Origin: an uncultured Chloroflexia bacterium
Lineage (GTDB): Bacteria > Chloroflexota > Limnocylindria > Limnocylindrales > CSP1-4
Direction of reading: 5' to 3'
DNA: 64,000 nucleotides
Assembly: GCA_963752475.1 (NCBI GenBank)
Contig: CAVVYR010000004.1
Location: forward strand, 192,001 to 256,000
Below the pieces are notes generated by a model. The model did not search any database. It had not been told where the DNA came from and worked only from the letters and a program-made list of their open reading frames with translations. The position numbers and the translations under genes are program-made. The stretch's first letter is position 1; every line of letters starts with the position of its first letter. Shown here piece by piece: positions 56,202-64,000 of this stretch.

Positions 56202-56909
56202 GTGAACGACAAGGTCATGGTCCGTATCGACGGTGAGGTGATCTCGGCCACCGCGGGACAGAGCGTCCTCCAGGTCGCGCGGGAGAACGGCAAGTACATC
56301 CCGTCCCTCTGCTACATGGAGGGGATCTCGCCACAGGGCTCCTGTCGTCTGTGCATGATCGAGGTGCAGGGCGCCAAGAAGCTGCAACCTGCCTGCACGA
56401 CACCGGTGTCGGAAGGCTTGGCGGTGACGACCCACACCGCGCAGCTCGCGGGCTACCGCAAGATGGCCCTGGAGTTGCTCTTCGCCGAACGCAACCACAT
56501 CTGCGCGGTGTGCGTCAGCTCCGGGCACTGCGAGCTGCAGTCGCTGGCGCAGGAGCACGGCATGACCAACACGCGCTTCGACTACAGCTTCCCCAACTAC
56601 ACGCCTGACACCTCGCACCCGCGCTACGTCTTCGACCCCAACCGCTGCGTGCTCTGCGCTCGCTGCGTGCGCACCTGTGCCGAGATCGAGGGCGCACACG
56701 TGTGGGACATCGCCGGACGAGGCGTGGCCTCCGGACCGGTGACGGAGCTGCAACGACCGTGGGGTGAAGCGATGAGCTGTACCAGCTGCGGCAAGTGTGT
56801 CCAGGCCTGTCCGACCGGCGCGCTGGCCGAGAAGGGCTGGGCCGTGGAGGAGATGACCAAGCAGAAGAGCGTCGTGAGCACCCTCGACACCATGCGCAGG
56901 GGCCAGTGA
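56202..56909 (+). CDS. hoxU: HoxU (NuoG N-terminal-like) FeS subunit
   Basis: IPSLC, GSCRLC, PAC, RNHICAVC.SSGHCELQ, RCVLCARCVRTC, CTSCGKCVQACPTGAL. Confidence 0.93.
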   Translation: MNDKVMVRIDGEVISATAGQSVLQVARENGKYIPSLCYMEGISPQGSCRLCMIEVQGAKKLQPACTTPVSEGLAVTTHTAQLAGYRKMALELLFAERNHICAVCVSSGHCELQSLAQEHGMTNTRFDYSFPNYTPDTSHPRYVFDPNRCVLCARCVRTCAEIEGAHVWDIAGRGVASGPVTELQRPWGEAMSCTSCGKCVQACPTGALAEKGWAVEEMTKQKSVVSTLDTMRRGQ

Positions 56910-57451
56910 TGGAACAGGAAGTGCAGAAGGCCACGATCGGGACCTGCTGGCTCGACGGCTGCTCCGGCTGTCACATGTCGCTGCTGGACATGGACGAAGC
57001 CATCGTCGACGTGCTGGCCAAGGCCGACATCGTGTTCGGCCCGCTCGTCGATGCCCAGGAGTGGCCCGAGGGCGTCGACGTCGCGGTCATCGAGGGTGCG
57101 GTGTCGAGCCAGGATGACCTCGATCTCTTGACCGAGGCTCGTGAACGCTCGTCGATCGTGGTGGCTCTGGGCGACTGCGCAGTCACCGGCAACGTGCCCA
57201 CGATGCGCAACGGCATCCCCACGCGCTCGCTGCTCGAACAGATCTACGTCGACTCGGTCGACGAGCAGCCGCAGATCCCCACCGTCGGGGTGCCGCCGCT
57301 GCTCAAGCAGGCAGAGCCGCTCCAGGCCCACGTCAAGGTCGATGTCCACGTGCCGGGCTGCCCGCCCAGTGCCGAGTCGATCCTCTACGTCATCAGTGAG
57401 CTACTGGAGGGCCGCGTGCCCGACCTCGGCTCGAAGCAGCGATTCGGCTAG
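56909..57451 (+). CDS. hoxY: [NiFe] hydrogenase small subunit HoxY
   Basis: WLDGCSGCHMS, IEGAV, ALGDCAVTGNVP, VPGCPP; short single-cluster type. Confidence 0.93.
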   Translation: MEQEVQKATIGTCWLDGCSGCHMSLLDMDEAIVDVLAKADIVFGPLVDAQEWPEGVDVAVIEGAVSSQDDLDLLTEARERSSIVVALGDCAVTGNVPTMRNGIPTRSLLEQIYVDSVDEQPQIPTVGVPPLLKQAEPLQAHVKVDVHVPGCPPSAESILYVISELLEGRVPDLGSKQRFG

Positions 57452-57461
57452 GAGGCCGAGC

Positions 57462-58883
57462 ATGGCGACGATCAACATCCCCCACGTCTCGCGCATCGAG
57501 GGTCATGCCTCCATCACCATCGACCTCGACGAATCCGGGAACGTGGCCGACACGCAGTTCTCGGTCACCCAGATCCGTGGCTTCGAGAAGTTCGTGGCCG
57601 GCCGGCCGTACTACGAGATGCCCTCCATCACCGCGCGCATCTGTGGCATCTGCCCGGTGTCGCACCTGCTGGCCTCGTCCAAGGCGTGTGATGAGATCAT
57701 GGCCGTGCGCGTCCCGCCGACCGCGGCCAAGCTGCGCGAGCTGCTGCACATGGCGCAGATCGTGCAGTCACACGCGCTCTCCTTCTTCCATCTGTCCGCG
57801 CCCGATCTGCTGCTGGGCATGGACTACGACCCCAAGCTGCGCAACGTGGCCGGGCTGCTGGCCAAGCACCCGGCGGTGGTGCAGGACGGCGTGCGGCTAC
57901 GGAAGTTCGGCCAGCAGGTCATCGAACGCCTGGGTCGCGAGCGCGTGCATCCCTCGTGGACCGTGCCCGGTGGCGTGAACTCCGAGCTCGATCCCCAGGC
58001 TCGCGAGAAGACCCTCGAGGAATGGGACGAAGCGCTGGACATCGTGCAGCGCACCCTGGAGCTGTGGAAGGGCACCATCAATTCCTTCCCCGAGGAGGTC
58101 GCCACCTTCTCGAACTTCCCCTCGATGTTCTGCGGCACGGTCTCGCCCGATGGCGATCTCGAGCTGTACGACGGGACGCTGCGCTTCCGTGACGCGGCCG
58201 GCGAGATCGTGGCCGACCACATCGAAGCGGCCGACTACGCCACCTACATCGGCGAAGCGACGATGCGGGACTCGTACCTGAAGGCGCCGTACTACAAGCC
58301 GTTGGGCCTCGATGAAGGCGTCTACCGCGTGGGGCCGATGGCGCGCCTCAACGTCTGCGACCGGATCTCGACACCCCTGGCCGATGCCGAGCTGCAGGAG
58401 CTGCGCCAGCGGCTAGGCCGCGTGGTGCCGAGCAGCTTCCACAATCACTACGCCCGGCTCATCGAAGCCCTCTACGGGCTGGAGCGCATGAAGCAGCTGC
58501 TCGAAGATCCCAGGATCCTCGACACCAAGGTGCGCGCACACGCCGGGGTCAACGACCTCGAGGGCGTGGGCATCATCGAGGCTCCTCGAGGCACGCTCAT
58601 CCACCACTACAAGGTCAATGACGACGGGGCCATGACCTGGGCCAACCTCATCGTCGCGACCGGGCACAACAACCTGGCCATCCGACGGGGCGTGCACGAC
58701 GTGGCCACTCACTTCATCGACGGCAAGGAGATCCGGGAGGGCGCGGTCAACCGCGTCTCGGCCATCGTCCGCGCCTTCGACCCGTGCCTCTCGTGCTCGA
58801 CACACCAACTGGGACAGGCCGCCATCGTGATGACGCTGCGGGGCCCCGACGGTGAGGTCCTCGACGAAAAGGGCACCGTCTAG
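57462..58883 (+). CDS. hoxH: [NiFe] hydrogenase large subunit HoxH (group 3d-like)
   Basis: SRIEGH, RGFEKF, L1 [21 protein letters not shown]2 [10 protein letters not shown] plus a 25-aa cleavable tail. Confidence 0.95.
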   Translation: MATINIPHVSRIEGHASITIDLDESGNVADTQFSVTQIRGFEKFVAGRPYYEMPSITARICGICPVSHLLASSKACDEIMAVRVPPTAAKLRELLHMAQIVQSHALSFFHLSAPDLLLGMDYDPKLRNVAGLLAKHPAVVQDGVRLRKFGQQVIERLGRERVHPSWTVPGGVNSELDPQAREKTLEEWDEALDIVQRTLELWKGTINSFPEEVATFSNFPSMFCGTVSPDGDLELYDGTLRFRDAAGEIVADHIEAADYATYIGEATMRDSYLKAPYYKPLGLDEGVYRVGPMARLNVCDRISTPLADAELQELRQRLGRVVPSSFHNHYARLIEALYGLERMKQLLEDPRILDTKVRAHAGVNDLEGVGIIEAPRGTLIHHYKVNDDGAMTWANLIVATGHNNLAIRRGVHDVATHFIDGKEIREGAVNRVSAIVRAFDPCLSCSTHQLGQAAIVMTLRGPDGEVLDEKGTV

Positions 58884-59254
58884 GCCCGATCGGGCGGCTG
58901 CTCACCCCGTGAGCGATCTCGACACATCTGCGCCCAGACCTGCCGTTCTTGCTCGTCCGGTGGACATGGGCGACAGCGGTGCTCACGCCGTGGGCAGAAC
59001 CTGACGATCTGCCGTCATCCAGGTCGAGATCGCCCACTCGGTGAGCAACCGGCGTGGGCGCCGGTCTAGACCCGTTCGTCCGCCGAGGATGCGGGCGCCC
59101 AAAGGTCGACCTGCGGGAGTCCTTCGATACCCAGCGTCTGTGACAACTCGCCGCAGTGGTAGGCCTCGTGAGCGGATCGTCGGAGTCGGCATGCGGGCAT
59201 GATGCGCACCGTCGTGATCGGACCGCCAGCCGGAGCGACCTCCGTCGCTGAGCG

Positions 59255-59800
59255 CTACAAGGTCTCGAGCGCCTGTCCCACGGTCAGGGCCTGGCTGAAG
59301 ACGCTGCTGGCGGCGGTCACGTTGCTGACCTTGTCGTCCACGTAGGTGATGTCGCGGCTCCCGGCCTGCTGCTGTGCGAAGCGGAAGGCCTCGAACTCGG
59401 GCTTCACATGTCCGATCGCATCCGAGACGTAGACCCGCTCGAACCGGCCGTCCAGTCCATAGCGAGCGAGGCGTGCCTGAAGCCAGTCGGTACGGTGGTT
59501 GCTGAGGAGCCAGATCGTCGCATCCGATCGCTGGACCCAGTCGAAGAGCGGCCCGGTCGCATAGCGCTCCTCCAGCTCGGCCGTAAGCGTCTCGCTGTCC
59601 GACCCCGGCGCGAACGTCTGCCACAGCTCCTCGACGCTCATCCGGCCCAGCCAGAACCGCTGACGGAGCCGCCCGTGCCAGGTCGCCACCGCCTCCCTTC
59701 GGTCCTGCCCGTTGCGCTCCGCGAGGTCGGCGATGAACGGCACCAGCGGGTTGGTGAAGATGACGCCGTGAACGTCGAGGACGATGAGGCGCTCAGACAT
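59255..59800 (-). CDS. HAD family hydrolase/phosphatase
   Basis: IVLDVHGVI, LLSNH, GHVKPE, YVDDKVSNV. Confidence 0.85.
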   Translation of the reverse strand: MSERLIVLDVHGVIFTNPLVPFIADLAERNGQDRREAVATWHGRLRQRFWLGRMSVEELWQTFAPGSDSETLTAELEERYATGPLFDWVQRSDATIWLLSNHRTDWLQARLARYGLDGRFERVYVSDAIGHVKPEFEAFRFAQQQAGSRDITYVDDKVSNVTAASSVFSQALTVGQALETL

Positions 59801-60710
59801 CGGTCTCGGGCTGCGAATTGGTGGCCCGCACGATCTCGTCCACGATCGACTGCGTCAGCTCGCCCAGGCCGGCCGGCGAGACGGTGGGTACGTCGTTGGC
59901 CTCGGCCGCGTCGATGAGATGGTCCTGGATGGCCCGGATGGTGGGGAACTCGGCCAGGCCACGGTGCCCGCCACGTAGTGGCTCCACGCGAGCGCGATGG
60001 GTCAGGCGTTCGCGGTGCAGGTGCTCGTCGGGTTCGATGATCGCCCGCTCGATGACGATGGGACTCGTCGGGTGCGTCGACATGACTCGAGTCAGGTAGC
60101 CGGGCAGGGCATGGATACCCTCGACCAAGCTCGGCGTCTGCTCCACGCACAGCCGTGTCACGACGGCGGCAGTGGCCGCGGCGACCGAGCTGCACTGGCG
60201 GTCGAAGCCCGTGAACGGATCTCTGGCCGAGAGGTCGATGAGCTGGAACGAGGAGGCGTGCAGCTCGGGTAGGACGGTATCGGGGATGACCGTGCGCAGG
60301 ACCTCGCGGATGGTATCGGTAGTCACGATGCGAGTGATCTCGAGGCGCATCGCAAGGCGGGTGGCGACGGTCGACTTGCCCACCCCGGGGGCACCAGCGA
60401 TGGCCACCACCACCGGCCGCTGGACGCGCTTCGCGTGACGCCACGCTCGCCAGCGCGAGGCCACCACCGGGCCCGCCCGCTCCTCGAGCATGACGCTGGC
60501 GCGCTCGACGAGGTCGTCGGCTTCGATCTCCGTGCGTCCGTCAGCTCGCAGCTCGTCGTAGAGCGCGGTCGCGAGCAGGTACGCCTCGGCCGTGGCCAAG
60601 CCCGTAGCGAGCAGGCTCGTGGCCATGATCCCGCGGGAGAATGGCAGGCGCGAGCCGGCTCGGTCGTGGACCACGAGGTGGCGGTCATCGGGCACGAGGT
60701 CGCGGGGCAC
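59793..60710 (-). CDS. 2-phosphoglycerate kinase-like protein (ATP-cone + P-loop)
   Basis: LPFSRGIMATSL (ATP-cone), IAGAPGVGKST, VTTDTIREVLR, LHASSF, LVEGIH, IRAIQDHL. Confidence 0.85.
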   Translation of the reverse strand: MPRDLVPDDRHLVVHDRAGSRLPFSRGIMATSLLATGLATAEAYLLATALYDELRADGRTEIEADDLVERASVMLEERAGPVVASRWRAWRHAKRVQRPVVVAIAGAPGVGKSTVATRLAMRLEITRIVTTDTIREVLRTVIPDTVLPELHASSFQLIDLSARDPFTGFDRQCSSVAAATAAVVTRLCVEQTPSLVEGIHALPGYLTRVMSTHPTSPIVIERAIIEPDEHLHRERLTHRARVEPLRGGHRGLAEFPTIRAIQDHLIDAAEANDVPTVSPAGLGELTQSIVDEIVRATNSQPETDV

Positions 60711-60931
60711 GGCTCCTCCGTCGTTGACACGCGCTCACGAAACGGCGCGTGGTCATGGCCGGCGAGCGTAGCGTCACGATGACGTCAGCCTGATGACGGC
60801 GTCACTCCGGTCGGCGGTGAACGAGCGCTGCATCCTTGCCACACAACCGGTCAGATTCGCCCGCTGCGCGGCAGACAGAGCCCTGCACAAGGCGGCCAAC
60901 GGAACGCTGTACGGTCGGGAAGTACGCGGCC

Positions 60932-61053
60932 TGCAATGCCTTGAAACCTGCTCGTAATGCGCTCACCTGAGGCTGCGTCACACCAAACCGCTCCGGCGAT
61001 CGGTCAGATCGGCCGCCAGCACGGACCGGAAGCGCATCAGGAAGGAACGAGCG
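60932..61053 (+). promoter_or_regulatory. Conserved upstream element, copy 1 (TGnAAn boxes plus leader)
   Basis: Aligns with 62714-62832; TGCAAT 60932, TGAAAC 60942, CGTAAT 60953. Confidence 0.7.
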
Positions 61054-62640
61054 ATGCGAACGAGACTGATCCCCACCAGTCTGCTGGCCCTGAGCCTGAC
61101 AGTCGCCCTCCCGGCGGCAGCAGCAGCACAGGATGACGCCAGCGACCCCGACGGAGTGGCCTTCTTCACGGGCACGATCGGCGACTCCACACTGGCGGAG
61201 CCACCGACCGAGGAATTCACTGACGGCGGCGTCGTCGTTCGTGGCCTGGTCTGGGTCGACACACCGGTGGAGGCGACCGACCCGCGCTTCGACGGCACGC
61301 TCTCGCGTGAGATGAACATCGATGTCCACTTCCTGAGCGATATCGAGGACATCACCGTCCAGTCCACCGCCTACCTGCTCGAGAACGAGGCCGGCTCGTG
61401 GGCCGGAACCGCCACGTCTCTCACCCACGGCGGACGCGACATCGAGCGGGAAGACGCCACGGACGTCGACACCGTCATCCTCACTGGCTCCGGTGACTAC
61501 GAGGGTCTCAGCGCTTACGTCCTGACCGACTGGACCGAGGAGCCCACGGCATTCGAAGCGGCCATCTTTGCTGGCGAGATGCCACCATTCCCCGAGCCCT
61601 TCGTGGCTGGCGAAGCACCGACGGGCCATGCAGCCGGTAGCCTGGCCGAGATCGACGCGCTCCTGACCGAGGACGTGGTCGGTGACGCCCCGGGCGCCGT
61701 GACCGCCCTGGCGATCCGCGACGGCGAGACCCTCGCGAGCGCCGCCGGCAGCGCCAATTCGAACGGTAGCCCGGTGAGCGTGGACACGGCATTCCGTGTG
61801 GGCAGCATCTCCAAGTCGTTCACCGCCACGATGGTGATGCAGTTGGTCGACGAGGGCCTCGTGGACCTCGATGAGCCGCTGTCCACCTACCTGCCCGATA
61901 CCCGGGTCGGCGGCGACGTCACGATCCGGCAGCTGCTCTCCCACACCAGTGGGGTCGCCAGCTACACCGATCAGGACGGCTACTTCGACTCGCTGTTGGC
62001 CGACGTGACTCGAACGTACTCGTACGACGAGATCATCGATGTCGTCGCCGACGTACCGCACGAGGAGCCGGGCGGCGACTTCAGCTACTCGAACACGAAC
62101 TACATCCTGCTCGGTCAGCTCATCGAGACGGTCGGTGGGGATGACCTGGAGACAGCGCTGCAGACGCGCATCGTCGAGCCGGCGGGCCTGCAGTCGACGA
62201 CGTTCGGACTCGACGCCGAGAGCTTGCCCGAAGACTTCGCGGCACCGTGGTTCGAGGACGTGTTCGTTGGCGATCCCGAGGCCGACTACGAGGCCTTCTC
62301 CTCGTCCGCCTGGTCAGCTGGTGCGCTGGTCTCGAGCGCGAGCGACCTGGCGCTGTTCACGGACGCACTCTTCGCGGGCACCCTCGTCTCCGAGGATGCC
62401 CTTGCCCAGATGCTCGATGTCGGGCCAGAGGGCTACGGCCTGGGCATCGGCACCATGCCCCCAGGTTCCGAGCCGGGTGCCTTCTACGGCCACAACGGAT
62501 CGATCCACGGGTACAACGCCTTCCTGGCCGCTGACCCCGACACGGGCGACACGGTGGTCGTGCTCTCCAGCGTCCTGGACCAGGACCCCTGGTGGGCGTT
62601 CGAGGCCATCCTCGACGGTGGCTCGGCCAGCGAGGGCTGA
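61054..62640 (+). CDS. Secreted serine hydrolase (beta-lactamase/PBP-like, S12) with an extra N-terminal domain
   Basis: Signal peptide; FRVGSISKSF (SxxK), IRQLLSHTSG, FSYSNTNY (YxN), YGHNGS. Confidence 0.9.
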   Translation: MRTRLIPTSLLALSLTVALPAAAAAQDDASDPDGVAFFTGTIGDSTLAEPPTEEFTDGGVVVRGLVWVDTPVEATDPRFDGTLSREMNIDVHFLSDIEDITVQSTAYLLENEAGSWAGTATSLTHGGRDIEREDATDVDTVILTGSGDYEGLSAYVLTDWTEEPTAFEAAIFAGEMPPFPEPFVAGEAPTGHAAGSLAEIDALLTEDVVGDAPGAVTALAIRDGETLASAAGSANSNGSPVSVDTAFRVGSISKSFTATMVMQLVDEGLVDLDEPLSTYLPDTRVGGDVTIRQLLSHTSGVASYTDQDGYFDSLLADVTRTYSYDEIIDVVADVPHEEPGGDFSYSNTNYILLGQLIETVGGDDLETALQTRIVEPAGLQSTTFGLDAESLPEDFAAPWFEDVFVGDPEADYEAFSSSAWSAGALVSSASDLALFTDALFAGTLVSEDALAQMLDVGPEGYGLGIGTMPPGSEPGAFYGHNGSIHGYNAFLAADPDTGDTVVVLSSVLDQDPWWAFEAILDGGSASEG

Positions 62641-62665
62641 ACGGGCTTCCCGTCAGCGGAGACAG

Positions 62666-62697
62666 GCGCCCGGCCAGACAGGTCGGGCGCTTTCTTT
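62666..62697 (+). terminator. Intrinsic terminator
   Basis: GCGCCCGGCC-AGACA-GGTCGGGCGC followed by TTTCTTT. Confidence 0.75.
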
Positions 62698-62713
62698 GCC
62701 TCTGTGAGCGTCC

Positions 62714-62832
62714 TGCCATGCCTTGAAACCTGCTTGTAACGCCCTCGTCCGAGGCTGCGCATCACCAACCGCTCCGGCGAACGGCCAGATCGGCCGACAG
62801 GACGGACCGGCACATCCAGAAAGGGATGAACG
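62714..62832 (+). promoter_or_regulatory. Conserved upstream element, copy 2
   Basis: TGCCAT 62714, TGAAAC 62724, TGTAAC 62735; CCGCTCCGGCGA..CGGCCAGATCGGCCG..ACGGACCGG shared with copy 1. Confidence 0.7.
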
Positions 62833-63408
62833 ATGCGCATGCGAACCCTCCCCATCAGCCTGCTGACCCTGAGCCTGGCCCTCGCGGGCACGACGGCCGC
62901 GGTGGCCCAGGACGACGCCGACCTCGAGCCCGAGGTCGCCTACTCCAGCGGTTCCATCAGCGGCGAGCCTGCCGGCTTCGTCGACGGGACCGAAGAGCTG
63001 ACCGATGGTCTACGCCAGGCAGCGGGTTGGTCGGTGGTCGGCATCCCCATCGAGATGGACGACCCGCGTGTCTCGGGCCAGCTGACCTTCGTGGCCAACG
63101 GATCAGGCCAGGACTTCGACGACGGCTTCGCCAAGATCGAGTCGAAGTCGTATCGGCTGGAGAACGAGGATGGCGCCTGGACCGGCTCCGGCGACGCGAT
63201 CGTGGCGGTCACGGAAGACGCACCACTGATGGACCTCGAGACCGCGGTCCTCGTTGGCGACGGTGAGTACGAGGGACTCCTGGCCTTCTTCTTCGCTGAA
63301 TTCGGTGCGGACGAGCGGACGTTCGAGATCGTCGTCATCGAAGGCGAGCGCCCGCCAGTGCCCGACCCCGTGTCTGCCACGGCCGTCGAGGACGTCGCCA
63401 CCTCCTGA
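62833..63408 (+). CDS. Secreted hypothetical protein, paralog of the N-terminal domain of 61054-62640
   Basis: Shared LIPTSLLALSL/LPISLLTLSL, TEE.TDG, P.E..DPR..G.L, Y.LENE.G.W.G, L.G.G.YEGL.A, FE..I..GE.PP.P.P. Confidence 0.85.
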   Translation: MRMRTLPISLLTLSLALAGTTAAVAQDDADLEPEVAYSSGSISGEPAGFVDGTEELTDGLRQAAGWSVVGIPIEMDDPRVSGQLTFVANGSGQDFDDGFAKIESKSYRLENEDGAWTGSGDAIVAVTEDAPLMDLETAVLVGDGEYEGLLAFFFAEFGADERTFEIVVIEGERPPVPDPVSATAVEDVATS

Positions 63409-63521
63409 CCCGGGATCGATCCTCCTCGCCATCGGGCTCGGCCACACGGTCGGGCCCGATGCGCGTTCGCCCCATCGGGCTTGAAAGGTGCCTGTAATGT
63501 CACACCGTGACAGTGCACGAT

Positions 63522-64000
63522 ATGAAGCACGCGGAGGACATGGCGCCGGCTCGGGCATGCCCGTGCATCCGCATCTTCGGCGGCGTGGGTGTCGAGGCCG
63601 TCGACGGCCCCCTCAGCATCGGTGGTCCGCGGCAGCGGCGCCTGCTGGCACTGCTCGCCCTGCGCGTCGGCACGGTCGTGGACATCGACTGGCTGGCCGA
63701 ATACCTGTGGGACGACGAGGACCGGCCCGAGGCCACAGCCCCCTCGCTGCGAACGTACGTCTCGCGCCTGCGCTCGGCCTTCCCCACGTCCGCTCGCGAG
63801 TGGATCGTCACCGAGCCCGAGGGCTACCGATTGGCCGCGCCGCCCGAGGCCGTCGAGCACCTACGCTTCGGGCTCCTGCGCGCCGAGGCCACGGCCGCCC
63901 GCAAGCGCGGCGACCACCTCACGGCCGAGCGACGGCTGAACCAGGCCCTCGAGCTCTGGCGTGGCGAGCCCTTCCGTGAGCTGGCCGACCTGGAGCCGGC
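63522..64000 (+). CDS. AfsR/SARP (OmpR-type wHTH + BTAD) transcriptional regulator, N-terminal part (runs off window)
   Basis: Read manually: CIRIFGGV...IGGPRQRRLLALLAL..GTVVDIDWLAEYLWD..P.....LRTYVSRLR...IVTEPEGYRL...ALELWRGEPF. Alternative start at 63540. Confidence 0.9.
   Translation, partial: MKHAEDMAPARACPCIRIFGGVGVEAVDGPLSIGGPRQRRLLALLALRVGTVVDIDWLAEYLWDDEDRPEATAPSLRTYVSRLRSAFPTSAREWIVTEPEGYRLAAPPEAVEHLRFGLLRAEATAARKRGDHLTAERRLNQALELWRGEPFRELADLEP

Noticed and set aside
61054-62640. Clinical-type beta-lactam resistance gene
   Set aside because: SxxK/YxN/HxG motifs fit the broad S12 esterase/peptidase family; nothing indicates a true class C beta-lactamase or a mobile context.

Overview
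High-GC (~70%) bacterial chromosomal window, probably Chloroflexota (an inference from asnS, F420/DDN nitroreductases, an HPxHIH secreted protein, a SARP/BTAD regulator and a PxTD-type surface-protein tail). The sequence is an error-prone long-read consensus. Frameshifts hit otherwise conserved genes (IMPase, ABC permease, asnS, MFS, the whole 22.7-28.9 kb sugar cluster), and 18.7-20.95 kb is C-depleted low-complexity noise lying inside one giant surface-protein gene. Content from left to right: pyrC/pyrB, IMPase, ROK kinase, a TetR-DrrAB-type ABC efflux unit, assorted enzymes, a ~6.5 kb Ig-repeat surface protein, preA, an ACT-DUF711-sugar ABC-FGGY kinase operon, asnS and an MMPL transporter. 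These are followed by a 1224-aa PHP-Cache-PAS-CBS-DUF294 nucleotidyltransferase receptor, a HoxEFUYH-type [NiFe] hydrogenase whose HoxF is fused to a GltD/NfnB-like flavoprotein, a 2-phosphoglycerate-kinase-like/HAD pair, and secreted paralogs with a SARP regulator sharing 11-bp-spaced boxes. The best candidates for undescribed biology are the PHP-DUF294 writer/eraser receptor and the HoxF-GltD hydrogenase. No rRNA, tRNA, IS or true CRISPR was seen. Family assignments come from motif recognition, not database searches.
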